From Eledone cirrhosa (lineage: Eukaryota): a DNA stretch of 64,000 nucleotides. This document shows, piece after piece, positions 12,310 to 24,947 of this stretch. The stretch covers positions 279,434,001 to 279,498,000 of the forward strand of contig OZ024742.1 of the NCBI GenBank assembly GCA_964016885.1, read 5' to 3'. Within the stretch, counting starts at the first letter, position 1. Each line of letters opens with the position of its first letter. A model generated the notes under the pieces. The model did no database searches. It was not told the origin of the DNA and saw only the letters and a program-made list of their open reading frames with translations. Position numbers and translations under genes: made by a program.

Positions 12310-14734
12310 TAGTAGACCATTTCTGAGCAGTAACCATGAGTGTCAGAATAATATTTTGAAATATGTCCGATTTCAAAATTTCTCAAAAAATGTCCATTTT
12401 GATACCCTTAGTTGACTATGTGCGCAGTTGGCTATCATTTTTACCATGCATTTGTATACTTCCACCGATGATGTGACAGAAATTTGGCTTTGTTGCTGAG
12501 CTTCCTTTCAGAGTTATGATATTTTAATGCATCATATTAAATGTTCAGGAACTCCTCCTGCCATAATGGAGTCCATTTCTATATCTCAGTGTAACTTGGA
12601 AGATGAATATCACAACATCACTTACTCTAGAAAACATATTTTTGAAATGCAGTTCTGACAATGAAAAGACTTTAATTCACTGGAGATCTGGAGTTTTACT
12701 GCATGAAGATAATGTTTGCTTTCAAAAATGTTGCTAACCTTTGCAGCCATTATGATTATCATGGTGTGTCTGCTGAATGTCATTTCTTTGCTACTAGCCA
12801 CGGAAAGAGTCCGTGTGATGGTGTGGGGGCACAGTTAAGAGGCTAGTAGCCAGAGGAAGCCTTCAGGATACTGTTAATGACCAAATTCTAACATCGCATG
12901 ATATGTACAGCTGAGCAAGAGATAACATTCATGGGATTAAATTTTTTTCTTTGTTTCAAAAGATCAAATACAAGAAAATGCTGTCAAATTTAAATTGGCT
13001 GAACGGTTTGATGCTTGTAAAACGATAGCTGGAGTTAGATCGCATCACAGTTTCATTCCATGACCAGGGAATAAGCTTCAGATGATATGCACACTCTTTT
13101 GAATGTAGGGCATTATATGGAGAGCCAGGCTAGTGTAAACTGGGACGATCAACCAGGCAAGTATGTAGCCTGCGTGTCCGATTCCAACTGATATGTTGGA
13201 AACATTATTGAACGCTCATTTGAACATTCTGATGTTCTTGTTTCCTTTATGAAATTATCGAAAAGCAATGTACTTTCTTGGCCAGCATCATTCCGTAAGA
13301 ATGAATTTTGGGTTCCTTTACAACATGTCATGTCTGTAATCAGTGCACTAATCGTTTAAGGTAGAAGTGCCCACACCTACACAATTAGTCCAAGTGATCT
13401 GATCAAAATTCTCACTCTATTCCCTCAATTTGTGTAGAATTAATATGATTCACATTTGTCTTTAACCTAAATATGTTTTATAATTATTTAATACTAGTTA
13501 TTGAGTTGGGCACTGAAAGTTTTTAATATTTACTTTTGTTGTATTTAAAACATTTTGTGGCATGCTGTCTTGTAAAGTTGGTACTGTGTACTAATTCGAA
13601 TGTGACACTGTATAAAGTGTATTAATTACTTCCCGCCGATGTTGACTTTGCCTTTCATCCTTACGGGGTCGATAAAATAAAGTACCAGTAATGCACTGGG
13701 TAATTGCTGGCCTTGTGCCTAAAGTAGAAACAATTAATTACTTGTCTGCAGCTGTATGTAAAAATTACTCATGGATATGCCTTGTTTGTCATCAATGAAT
13801 CAATGGGGACTGTATTGAATAATTCAATGAAGGTTAATATAGTATTCTATCACATTCGTGTCCTGTGTGGCTCTGTCCACTATCATGTAAAACGTGGTTA
13901 TGGATATACGTGTAGTAGTTTGCTATTTGTTGAATCAATAAATACCCATTAATTTAAAATATGTTTATTTATACTATATTGAATGAATTACAGATAGATA
14001 ATATGCTGTTTTATATCCATGCTTTATGAATAAGTTGATGCTGTACAAAACGCTGACAACTGAATTTCTAAACATTCACAACTATGAAAAGAAGCTCAGC
14101 AACAAAATCAAATTTTCGTCATATCATCTGTGGACGTATAAAAATGCTTAGTAAACATTTGAAAATGATAGTGAACTAGCCACATGGTCAAAAAAGGGTA
14201 TCAAAATGGTCATTTAAAAAAATAATTTTGAGACCGCACATATTTCCAAAAATTATTCTGACACTCCCATAATAGTAACTAACATGGTTACTGCTAAGAA
14301 ATGGTCTACTATATGCTAAATAACAGGAAACAAATTGTGGTTGCTTTATCTAGGGTACCTATTGAGATAAAAATACCTAAAAGAGGCATACATTTGATGT
14401 ACGTTTAATTCTTGCTAATTTTCAGAGGCCTGTAGATGAGAAAATATACGAGATACACTTGATTTGAAAAATTTGTCCCCAAACACATGATTTCAAAGTT
14501 GTGCTTACCTTATTAGATGAAAAATGGCTGTCTCAAGTTTGTTGGATAGGTTCGTTTGCAAAAAATCTATAATTAATTAATATTTTAAAGTCTACAATTT
14601 CAAAACAACCAAAGATATTGACCTAATACTTCATATTTTTCCATCATATAGTTACAGGAGCAGGCATGATTTTCTTTCAGGGGGATCTGAGGGGTGACCT
14701 GGGATCCTCTGGGTGATTTGACATGGAATGTCCC
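12310..14734 (+). mobile_element. Internally deleted Sola2-like DNA transposon with long TIR
   Basis: Transposase fragments NVANLCSHYDYHGVSAECHFFATSHGKSPCDGVG(fs)TVKRLVARGSLQ (12727-12866), IAGVRSHHSFIP, and PGKYVACV..YVGNII..SWP..FWVP (13150-13330). Diverged inverted repeats at 12310-12520 and 14078-14311. The right terminus is ...tttgacatggaatgtCCC (14734). The Sola2 assignment rests on recalled motifs. Confidence 0.7.
13631..13733 (+). mobile_element. 5'-truncated SINE in the Sola2-like element
   Basis: Central domain plus 3' tail; duplication attaattactt. Confidence 0.85.
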
Positions 14735-14749
14735 TAGATATATACATAC

Positions 14750-14810
<61 letters not shown>

Positions 14811-14812
<2 letters not shown>

Positions 14813-15004
14813 ACGATGTAGGTAAGGTAAGGAACCAGATGGACCATAACGCACCAGAGTACTCCATACTTAGGGTAGTAGATTTGGTAATCAGAAAATG
14901 TTTAACGCCGACAACAGACCTCAAGCCGTTTCGACGGCTATTTCTGTCCAGAAATAGCCGTCGAAACGGCTTGAGCCCTGCCGTCGGGGTTAAATATTTT
15001 CCTA
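14811..15004. mobile_element. Fold-back palindrome, family C copy 1 (3' half of an HHR on both arms)
   Basis: Arms ~14896-14946 and 14949-15003; GAAAC ggc ttgagccct gcc GTC ggggtt at 14963-14991; left arm ~85 nt longer. Confidence 0.8.
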
Positions 15005-16150
15005 CAAAAAACAGAAAAACGAAGAGGCAATACAAATGTTGTTATTATTAGTTTTACGCTGGCGGTGGATTGGCAGTATCGGTAGAGTGTCGGACGCCAT
15101 GCTTTGCGACATAGAGTTACGGCCCTTTATGGTATGAGTTCAAATCCCGCCGAGGTTCAATTTGCTTTCATCCTTACGGGGGTCGATAAAATAAAGTACC
15201 AGTAATACACTGGGATAATCTCTGGCCTTGTGCCTACAGTAGAAACAAATATTAGTTTCACGCTTGAGAGTGAGGGAGGGGGGGGGGGGTCGTTTCGGGC
15301 ATAAGTCCTTCATCAGGAAAAAAGTGCGTAGGAAGAGAGTTGCGAGGGTATGTGGAGGAGTGGTGGAAAGACATTTAAAAAAATGATTTAAAAAAGGGGG
15401 GGGGGAGAAAAGGGAGGAAAAAAATCTTTTTTAGAGAGTAAACAAATTTTTTTTTAAATAAAAAGAAATAAGTAGTGAAAGGGTGTGAGGCGTGTGATCT
15501 TGGTGGTGGGTTGAGAGGGGGGTCCGAGCGGGGAGGGCTGAAGGTGGTGTGTGTGTATGTGTGTAGGTGTAGGTGTGTGTGTGTGTATGTGAATGTGAGA
15601 TTTGGGGGAAGAACGAGTTTCCATGTTCAGGTAAGAGGGAAACTGGTGTGTACACGGGGTTGCGTGTAAGTCGGTGTGTGTGTGTGTGCGTGTGGTGGGA
15701 GAAGGTGGATGTGTGGGGGTTGGTGTGTATATTAGTCGAGGTGTTAGTGGGATGTGTGTTGAGGGGGTGTTGGTGGAGCGGGGAGAGAGAGAGGGAGATA
15801 AAAGGTGTTGGGAAAGCAGGAGGGAGTGTAGTGTACTTGTGTGTGTGCGTGTTTGGATATGAGTGTGTGAGTGTGGTAGAGAGGGTTTTATTATTACTGG
15901 TGGTGGGAAAGGGGTGGAATGCGGGTGTGTGGAGTGGGTGGTGTATCGGTGTATACATAGGCGTGGGTGAGTGTATATGTGATGGTGTGTGTTCGTGTGT
16001 GTTCGTGTGTGTGTGGTGAGGGGGAAGTTGGTTGGGGGATGTTAGCAATATTAGTTGTGGGGTGGTCAGATGTGGATGTATGGGAGGGGGTTAGTGGTGG
16101 TAGTAGGGTGGGTGGATAGTGTGAGTGTATGTATATATGTACAGGTGGGT
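15005..16150 (-). mobile_element. Neptune-like PLE 3' region, copy 2
   Basis: Reverse complement of the 6.2-7.2 kb and 25.2-26.8 kb repeat; HHR core at 15292-15316; interrupted by the SINE at 15061-15247. Confidence 0.7.
15061..15247 (+). mobile_element. Full-length tRNA-derived SINE
   Basis: ggcggtggattggcagtatcgg...gagttcaaatcc...gtagaaaca; ~15-bp duplication tattagttt(t/c)acgct. Confidence 0.9.
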
Positions 16151-16164
16151 GTGTGCGATATATA

Positions 16165-16818
16165 TATATATATATTTCGTTTCTGAATTTGTTTAGCAAT
16201 ATTCTTTATGTGAAAACGTGTGTTGAAACCGATATTGTTATACTTTGGGAGGGTAATGTTGCCAATAAGAAACACATGCACCAGAAGTTCACTTCAATTT
16301 ATTATAAATTAAATTTATAAATTTAGGAATTTATAAATTTCCGGTTTGTTGGTTGGTTCCACAACCAGACGATTGTTCATATATTATCAAAGTTCTTTCG
16401 TCACACATTCTGTGACCTCTTCAGTGACTGGGGATTCTTTTCTTTGTTTTTGTGCCTATCCTTTGTTCTGTCCTAAGCCATCTTGTTTTTGTGTGTGTTG
16501 TGTGCTTAGTTTGCGCATGTGTTACATCCGTATGTATGTGTGTGTTTATATTTGTTTATTTATTTGTTTATTTACATGTGCTGTGTGCTTAGTTTGCGCA
16601 TGTGTTACATCCGTGTGTATGTGTGTGTTTATATTGGTTTATTTATTTGTTTATTTACATCTTTGACAATATATGAACAATCGTCTGTTTGTGAAACCAA
16701 CCAACCAACCAGATATTTATAAATTCCTAAATTTATGAATTTATTTTATAATAAATTGAAGTGAACGCAGTTGGTGCGTGTGTTTCTTATTGGCAACATG
16801 ACCCTTCCAAAGTATAAC

Positions 16819-16823
<5 letters not shown>
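16165..16823 (-). mobile_element. HHR-bearing non-coding element (family D) with inverted arm
   Basis: 16232-16392 is the reverse complement of 16661-16821. There is an internal 83-bp tandem duplication (16501-16660), a related fragment at 54740-54826, and (TA)n flanks. Confidence 0.75.
16386..16428 (-). ncRNA. Minimal hammerhead, canonical CUGAAGA core
   Basis: Minus strand: gtca CTGAAGA g gtcaca gaatg tgtgac GAAAG AA CTT tgat. Stem II is 6 bp and the triplet is CUU. The other arm has tgac, which makes stem I perfect. Confidence 0.75.
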
Positions 16824-16854
<31 letters not shown>

Positions 16855-16856
<2 letters not shown>

Positions 16857-17050
16857 CGAAGGAGGTGTGGTAAGGAACCAGATGGACCATAACGCACCAA
16901 ATTACTCAATACTTAGGTTAGTAGAGTGGGTAATAGAAAATAGTTTAACCCCGACGGCAGAGCTCAAGCTATTTCGACGGCTATTTCTGGACTCCAGAAA
17001 TAGCCGTCGAAACGGCTTGATCTCTGCCGTCGGGGTTACATTTTTTTCTA
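16855..17050. mobile_element. Fold-back palindrome, family C copy 2
   Basis: Same sequence as 14811-15004; axis at ~16992 (tttctgg act ccagaaa); (TA)n on both sides. Confidence 0.8.
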
Positions 17051-17164
17051 TATATATATGTGTGTGTGACAGCTCACACCTATGCAGGTTTAGTTAGCCT
17101 CCTCCAAGGTATATCTCGTGGGAGGTGTCTTGGGTAATTTAATGATAGGGACCCCAGTCCTATT

Positions 17165-17427
17165 ATCTCATTTCTACAGCTGAGTAAACTTGAGCAACGT
17201 GAAATGAAGTGTCTTGTTCAAGGAAACAACACATCACCCGGTCCGAGAATTGAACTCACAACCTTTCGATTGGAAGCCCAATGCTCTAACCTCTAAGCCA
17301 TATATGAAGGCGCATGGCTGAGGAGTTACAGCAATGGGCTTGCAAGCGAAAGGTTGTGAGTTCAAATCTCGGACCGGGTTATGTGTTGTTTTCTTGAGCA
17401 GAACACTTTGTTTCACGTTGCTCCAGT

Positions 17428-17428
<1 letters not shown>
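17165..17428. mobile_element. Head-to-head pair of a second tRNA-SINE family (CORE/V-domain-like)
   Basis: 17165-17300 (-) and 17309-17428 (+) each carry an A-box (TGGCTNAG), a B-box (GAGTTCAA) and a cttgagcaagacact..tttcacgttgctc-like domain. Confidence 0.7.
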
Positions 17429-17520
<92 letters not shown>

Positions 17521-17544
17521 TACATTATATTATATTATATTATT

Positions 17545-18432
17545 CAAATCCCGAGTTCAAATTCTGCCGAGATTAACTGTGCCTTTCATCCTTACGGGGT
17601 CGATAACATAAAGTACCATGCGTCGAAACATGGTGTCCGACCTTCTTCGGTTACTGTTAATCCACCACCATGTTAATAACAAATCGTTTCTTTTGGCACA
17701 AAGGCAGCAATCGTTCTAGTTCATTACTGGTGCTTTATATTATCGACCCCGTAAGGATGAAAGGCAAAGTTATCCTCGGTGGGATTAGAAATCAGACCCT
17801 AAAAGGGCGTAACCCTAATTCATAAAGTATGTTGCCCGACGTTCTACCGATTCTGCCAATCCACTGCACTAATAATAATTGTTTCTACTTCTGGCAGAAG
17901 GCCAGCAATTATCAGTGCATTACTGGTACTTTATTTTATCGACCCCGTAAGGATGAAACGCAAAGTTAACCTCGGCGGGATTTGAACTCAGGATGGCAAG
18001 GGCCTTAACTCTATTAGTCAAAGCATGGCGTCCGACCCTCTACCAATACTGCCAATCCACTAATGATAATTGTTTCTTCGTTTTGGCACAAGGCCATCAA
18101 TTAACCAGTGCATTACTGGTACTTAATTTTATCGACCCCGTAAGGATGAAAGGCAAAGTTAACTTCGGTGGAAATCGAACTCAAGATGGCAAGGGCCATA
18201 ACTGTATGCGTCAAAGCATAGTGTCCGACCCTCTACCGATATTGCCAATCCACCGCCCTTCCACTAATAATAATTGTTTCTACTTTAGGCACAAGGCCAG
18301 CAAATTACCCAGTACATTACTGGTACTTTATTTTATCGACCCCGTAAGGATGAAAGTCAAAGTTAACCTCGGCGGGATTTGAACTCAGAATGGCAAGGGC
18401 AGTAACTCTATACGTCCAAGCATGGCGTCCGA
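17545..18432 (-). repeat. Tandem array of SINE copies (~190-bp period)
   Basis: Four head-to-tail units at ~17683, ~17878, ~18068 and ~18273, joined by (AAT)-rich linkers. Also a head fragment at 17620-17670 and an opposite-strand fragment at 17545-17617. Confidence 0.85.
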
Positions 18433-19087
18433 TATGCCGACGATTTACATGTTTGCGCGTTTGTGTTTGGGTGATTGCATTTGTGCATGATTGTATGTTA
18501 TAGGGCAGTGTGTTAGTGTGTGCAAGTGTGTATGAGTGAGTATGATTGTTCGGAATAGTGCGTGCGGTGCCTGTGAGTTTTTAATTGTTTGAGCAGTATG
18601 CTTGTGTATGCGTGTGCGTGCGTATGATTGTTTGGTACAATCTGTTTGTGTGTATGTTTGTATGTATTTATGTATGTATGCATATAACTATCTATGTATG
18701 CATGTATGTATGCATACCTTACGTATGTGTGTCTGTATGTATGTGTTTGGATGCGTACCTGTGTGTTTGTGTAGGGGATATTTTGGGGCCGAATCAGTGT
18801 TCAGGTGAATCTGCTCTACGAATATGTCTATATGTCTGTAACGAAACAATAATATTCCTGGGCCAAGGGGTATTATTAAAAATCCCAACCATGAAATATC
18901 AATGATTAATAGGAGAATGAGATGTCTAGCCAAATGAATTTTTTTTGTTATGGCAATATATGTCTATATATGTGTGTAGGTGTCTTTGTACGTGTGTATG
19001 TGTGTTAGTATGTGCGTGCGTATTTATATATATATGCATATGCGTGTGTGTGTGTTGTATACGTACGTGAATATATATGTATGCATA

Positions 19088-19128
<41 letters not shown>

Positions 19129-19154
19129 TATGTATATACACACACACAACACAC

Positions 19155-19191
<37 letters not shown>

Positions 19192-19884
19192 AATATACAA
19201 CTGTATACATACGATTATATATGTTTTATATTTTTCTGTATATGCATGAGTGCCTTATTAGTTATTGAGAGACCGACTGATTGAGAGAAAGAGTGAATGA
19301 GAGTATAAATGGGGAAGTGGGTGAGGGAAGGCGATGTGGATGTAACAATGTTATAGTATATTGATATAAAATTTAAGATTATGAAAATTTGATAAATGAA
19401 GAAAGCACAAAACAATGAGTCCATTACGTATCAATGGATGACTGCCTGGCTAGAGAAAACAAGAGAGCTAGTGACGTGTTTGGGAGAGTGGGAAGCCCAG
19501 TATGTGGCAGAGATGTTGGCGTTTAATCGTGTGAATAGAGACAAAGAATTGAGGTATATATGGCAGGCTACTGTAAGCGGTGATATTGATAGTATTGGGT
19601 TATGCTGTGTTGTCAACCGTGGAAGCTTTCTACTGTCAACCTCATACAGTATACCTCCCCACACTAACCATCGCTATATATATATGCATATGTATATATG
19701 TATATATGTAAGTGTGAATGTTTGTATGAATGTATGTTGTTATGTATGTATGTAAGTACATATGTATGAATGTATATATGAATGTATGTATATATAAATG
19801 TATATATATATATATATATATATGAATGTATGTATGTATATATGCATGCATATATAATGTTTGTATGTATGCGTGTATGCATAC

Positions 19885-19984
<100 letters not shown>

Positions 19985-20099
19985 ATGTTCGCTAGTATGT
20001 ATGCAAGTATGTTTTATATGTGTATGTAAGTATGTATATATGCAAGGAAATACACAGTCACGGATATCTTTCTTATTTGTTTTAGTCCCTAATATTCAC

Positions 20100-21100
20100 T
20101 GAGCTTTCTATGCTATTGAATTGAGATAATTTATTTCGATTTGTATTTTCTAATATTTGCTGCTCCCTTAATTAGTTAGTTTGGGCTGAGCTGACATATA
20201 CTCCATTCTTCAGATATACTCTAAAGAAAGAAATCTAGCGGGTGTAAGTCAGTGTTGTGGTGGGACTAGACAAAATCAGTCTTTAAGCTGATTTCCCAAT
20301 TATTTTTTAGCCATTCTCAGGTATCATCAGATGTGTCGGGGCTAACTTCCTCTTTCTGGAACCACATATTATGCCTTAGATATGGGTACATGATCCGTGG
20401 TACCTTTTTGAAGTCTTCCAGGCCCATCACATAGACTTCTTTTGTGACTATAACGGTGATACCATTTTCTCGCATTTTTAACGTACAAATCAATCAAATC
20501 TTCTCTCAGATATGGCAGCCAATGCAGTACATTTAAGTGAGAGGAGAAGTCTCACGATCACTTCAGAGGGGATCTTTACTCCACCGAAGACATTGTTCTT
20601 TGATATTCCCCTCTAAGTGAAAGTGGCCTTCTTCAGGTGTCCACAGCAGATTTAAAAAACTCCGGGGTTTTTTTCCATCTCTAGAATTATTTCAGCTATA
20701 GCCTTTCTCTTGGTCTTATAAGCTTCATTACACTTTGTTTAGTCTGTATTCTGTAGGGAATTTCTGAGGATCCCATTTGACACCACTTCTCGAAGTTTCT
20801 GTAGAATGCCACAAGAACTGACTTTCCATGCACCGCCATCATGTTGCTCTCTGCTTACCAGACTCTCGGTCCGTAGCAAGAACTTCCTGTGTACGTTTTC
20901 CGGGTCCAGTGTGAGTAAGATATTGTATTGATAGTTTTCACTATCCAATAAGTTTCAAACCTCTTCATCAACTTTTGTATATTGGCTTTGAAGGGAGATT
21001 TCTACGTTAAAAATGCGAGAAATTAGACCTGTAACTGCTTGTAGGAGTCACACTTATAGTAGTATTTCACAAAGAAAATCCAATACTGGAGCACCATTTG
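20100..21100 (-). pseudogene. Decayed Tc1/mariner-superfamily transposase (DUF4817-type HTH plus DDD-like domain)
   Basis: Minus-strand fragments FFVKYYYKCDSYKQLQ, PSKANIQKLMKRFET, FPYRIQTKQ, FLNLLWTPEEGHFHLEGNI (cf. WFSDEAHFHL), MWFQKEEVSPDT (cf. WFQQDGAPPHT) and SHHNTDLHPLDFFL (cf. WPPxSPDLxPLDFFLWG). Multiple stops and frameshifts; TIRs not found. Confidence 0.75.
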
Positions 21101-21177
21101 GAGTCTTGTCTTTACAGACGTTATATTTCCATGTCTTGAAATTGCATGTTGATCGGTGAGAAAATGAATATTCAATG

Positions 21178-21224
<47 letters not shown>

Positions 21225-21282
21225 ATTTGATATATATTCATCCTTATCGAGCCGTTTTGGATTCTAGTCTTCACATTATTAT

Positions 21283-21366
<84 letters not shown>

Positions 21367-22247
21367 CTATGTCTGTGTATATACAATTGTGTGTGTGTGT
21401 GCGTATGTGTCTGTGCGTGTGATTGTGTATGTGTGGTGGTGCATGTGTATTGTGGCTGTAAAGAGACGTAACGATGATGACCAGGATGAAGATAATGATC
21501 GTGGGGAGTGGATAATGATAATATTACGACGAGATTATGAACATGATCTTGATGATGATTGTGATAATCTTGATGATGATGATGATGATGCTGGCATATA
21601 CCGCCAGTGATAATGCTGATAACTATTTTCCATAATACTGAGTGGTGATAATTATTATTGTTTTTTATCATTAGGTTAATGGCGTTGATTGTAATGGTGA
21701 TGATGGCGGTGAGTGTGGTGCTATTCTTGGTTTCAGTGAAACAATACTTCCAAAAAAAGAATAAATTAAAATGTCATTTGAAAGCACAAATTATTTAAAA
21801 CACAAAGCCAGCATTATGAATGAAATAATTACTTATTTTAGACAGTAACTAATAAAATAAAATGATAAAAAAATGTTAAGAAATAAAAAAAACTTTGTGA
21901 AAACGTCATCTAGTAGTGTTGCAATGTGACATTTGCTGTTGTTGTTGTGTCCGACTTTGTTATCGTGGTTGTCTTTATTACTTTTCTCGTTATTTTGTTG
22001 CAGTTGTTTTAGGTCATAGAACTGACGTGATATTTTAATTCTGTAATTATTCTGGTTTCGATTAATTGCTATCATCATTAGACTGCGACCAGTCTGAGGC
22101 CACGCCATGAAAATGAAAATATTTAGACGATCCTACAGACCTCAGGGGTTACTTTATAAAATCTGGTACTTATTTATTTATCCTATAGAGTCGAATTGCT
22201 AAATATGGGAACACAAACACATGCACATACCCTTTTATGTATGTATG

Positions 22248-22349
<102 letters not shown>

Positions 22350-22352
22350 ATA

Positions 22353-22660
22353 TAGAGAGAATGGGAAACGAAAAATCAGTGATGCATCGGAACTAAATTT
22401 ATTGTGTGTTACAATTGTTTCCCCTTTCTAAGAGAATATCATCCGAAATCAGTAGAGGTGTCCGATGAACCTGCGAGTCTAGAGTAGGTAGATCCACACA
22501 CCGATCGCACCTCGAGTTGTTCGCCGGGGAAACAAATGTAACACAATAAAGTGAGTACCGATGCATCACTGATTTTTCGTTTTCCATTCTATAAAACTCT
22601 GCTCCGTAAGAGCATAGTGTGCTACACCGTTATACCGCCTATGGAAGCATCTTAACAACT
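22353..22660. mobile_element. Inverted-repeat element with HHR (family E)
   Basis: 22353-22425 is the reverse complement of 22526-22592; (TA)n on the left; the right arm extends ~70 nt. Confidence 0.75.
22458..22544 (+). ncRNA. Hammerhead with U4C core and 60-nt stem II
   Basis: gtgt CCGATGA [60 nt: cc.gcga...gatc..gatc...tcgc.gg] GAAAC AAAT GTA acac. The opposite arm preserves the palindromic GAAAC AATT GTA. Confidence 0.6.
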
Positions 22661-22686
22661 ATTAGACACACACACACACACACATA

Positions 22687-22719
<33 letters not shown>

Positions 22720-22720
22720 C

Positions 22721-22818
<98 letters not shown>

Positions 22819-23075
22819 TATATATATATATATCTAAGGCGGGTAAAATTCCCGAGATCCATGGACGAGTTCTCTCCAGCGGTCTCTGTCCCTCATTATC
22901 GCTGCCATGTCCTGCGCCTCCAACAGACCAGTGTCTGTCCTTAGGGCATCAACATACGTTAACATTGGTCTTCCTCTCTATATATATATAGTAATAATAA
23001 ATTTGAAGACTAAAATCCAAAGAGGGCTCCATAAGGATAAATATATATCAAATATATAAGAACCGAAGAGCCAAT

Positions 23076-24943
23076 ATTTATTAAAATAACAGATTAAAGT
23101 TTAAGCAAAGAATCGCTACTTTCACCCTTATCGGGATGTTATGAAACTAAAAAAGTCAATTTGTGAACGCAGAGGTGAATATTTCAAAAAACGTTACAAA
23201 CCAAGGAAGACAGGAAGACGATACTTTGGTTCGTGGAAACGTTCCCTGGCAAAGAACGGGAAAAAACGAAGATAATACGTCATTATTTGGGGCGGTGAAA
23301 TCCCGCCGAGGTTAACTTTGCCTTTCATCCTTACGTGGTCGATAAAATAAAGTAACACTAATGTACTGGGTAATCGCTGGCCTTGTGCTAAAAGTAGAAA
23401 CAATTATTTGGAGCGGTGAATCAATTACGCGATAAGACAAAACCACGTTTATAGTATAAATGAAATCGTAGACTAATATTCTATTAGGTGGTTCATGGAG
23501 ACATTCTCTGGTAATGAACGAAAAAAAAATATGAAGATAATACGTCATTATGTGGATCAGTGAGAACAATTACACGCAAAGACAAAACCACCTGAATGGT
23601 ATAACTGTTGTCGTAGACTAAAATTCTATCTAGGAAACCGAATGATTCTCGGCTTCAGAGTTAAGAATAAAGTAAATAAAATACAGAGGTAATCGAAATT
23701 AAATATATACATACACTCATCCATATACGTACATACACAAGCATACGCGAAAACACTCGCCATGGGTATACAACTACAATCACGTACACAAAAAAAACGG
23801 GCCCATACAGAACCCACACACCGCCTGTACTCGCACACATACGAACGTATGAACCAAATACACATAAAATATATATAAAATAAATATATATATATGTGTG
23901 TGCGCGCGTGTATACATATAATTAAATGAACGTATATAAATAAATAAATACGTATATAACGCGCGCACACACATACCTACATGTAAAACACGTATGTTCG
24001 CAGACGACGTCAACCAAAACACAAAGTACACAAATACACGCACCCTACATACGTACGAACCCGCATACCCACACAGACGCAAAACTCACGTATACACATA
24101 ACCAAATGTACATGTACGAGAATATATAATATATTATATACGCCATAACATATACAAGCAAATATACGTACGAGAAAGTATACGTACCTTCACAAAGCAT
24201 ACAGGTAATATATACTTACCTATACAAATAAGTAATGGTATAAACATAAAATATACTTAGCTACCATATCAAGACATAAAATATCCGCGTATTGTTCGTG
24301 TGTTTTTGCGATGCGTGTATGTATATATTTAATTTCGATTACTTTTGTATTTTATTTACTTTATTCTTAACTCTGAAGCCGAGAATCATTCGGTTTCCTA
24401 GACAGAATTTTAGTCTACGACTTCAGTTATACCATTTACGTGGTTTTGTGTTTGCGTGTAATTGTTCTCACAGCTCCAAATAATTGTTTCTACTTTTGGA
24501 ACAAGGTTAGCACATACCCAGTTCATTACTGGTATTTTATTTTATCGACCCCGTAAGGATGAAAGACAAAGTTAACCTCGGCGGGATTTCACCGCTCCGT
24601 ATTATCTTCGTTTTTTCCGTTCATTGCCAGATAATGTTTCCATGAACCACCTAATAGAATATTAGTCTACGACTTCATTTATAACAAAGACGTGGATTTG
24701 TCTTTGCGCGTAATTGTTTTCACCGCTCCAAATAATGACGTATTATTTTCGTTTTTTTTTCGTTCTTTGCCAGGGAACGTTTCCACGAACCAAAGCATCG
24801 TCTTCCTCTCTTCCTTCGGTTGCAACGTTTTTTTTTGAAATATTCACTTCTGCGTTCACAGATTGACTTTTTTAGTTTCATAAGATCCCGTTATGTGTAA
24901 AAGCAGCGATCATTTGCTTAAACTTTAATCTGTTATTTTAATA
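23076..24943. repeat. Large inverted repeat (~650-680-bp arms, ~540-bp spacer) with internal tandem units, each arm carrying a truncated SINE
   Basis: 23076-23757 vs 24297-24943; SINE pieces at 23300-23403 (+) and 24483-24589 (-). The outer end recurs at 27625-27705. Confidence 0.8.
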
Positions 24944-24947
24944 TAAG

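Noticed and set aside
15061-15150. tRNA gene
   Set aside because: The A/B boxes belong to a SINE head followed by SINE body; no complete cloverleaf is evident.
17680-18432. CRISPR-like repeat array
   Set aside because: The units are ~190-bp eukaryotic SINEs with no unique spacers, and there are no cas genes.
19615-19655. Minus-strand CTGTATGA...GAAAGCTT hammerhead-like string
   Set aside because: Insertion in the core and no stem I/II pairing.
23212-23248. HHR-like aaGACGA...GAAACGTT in the large inverted repeat
   Set aside because: C3/U4 are absent in both arms and stem II is weak.
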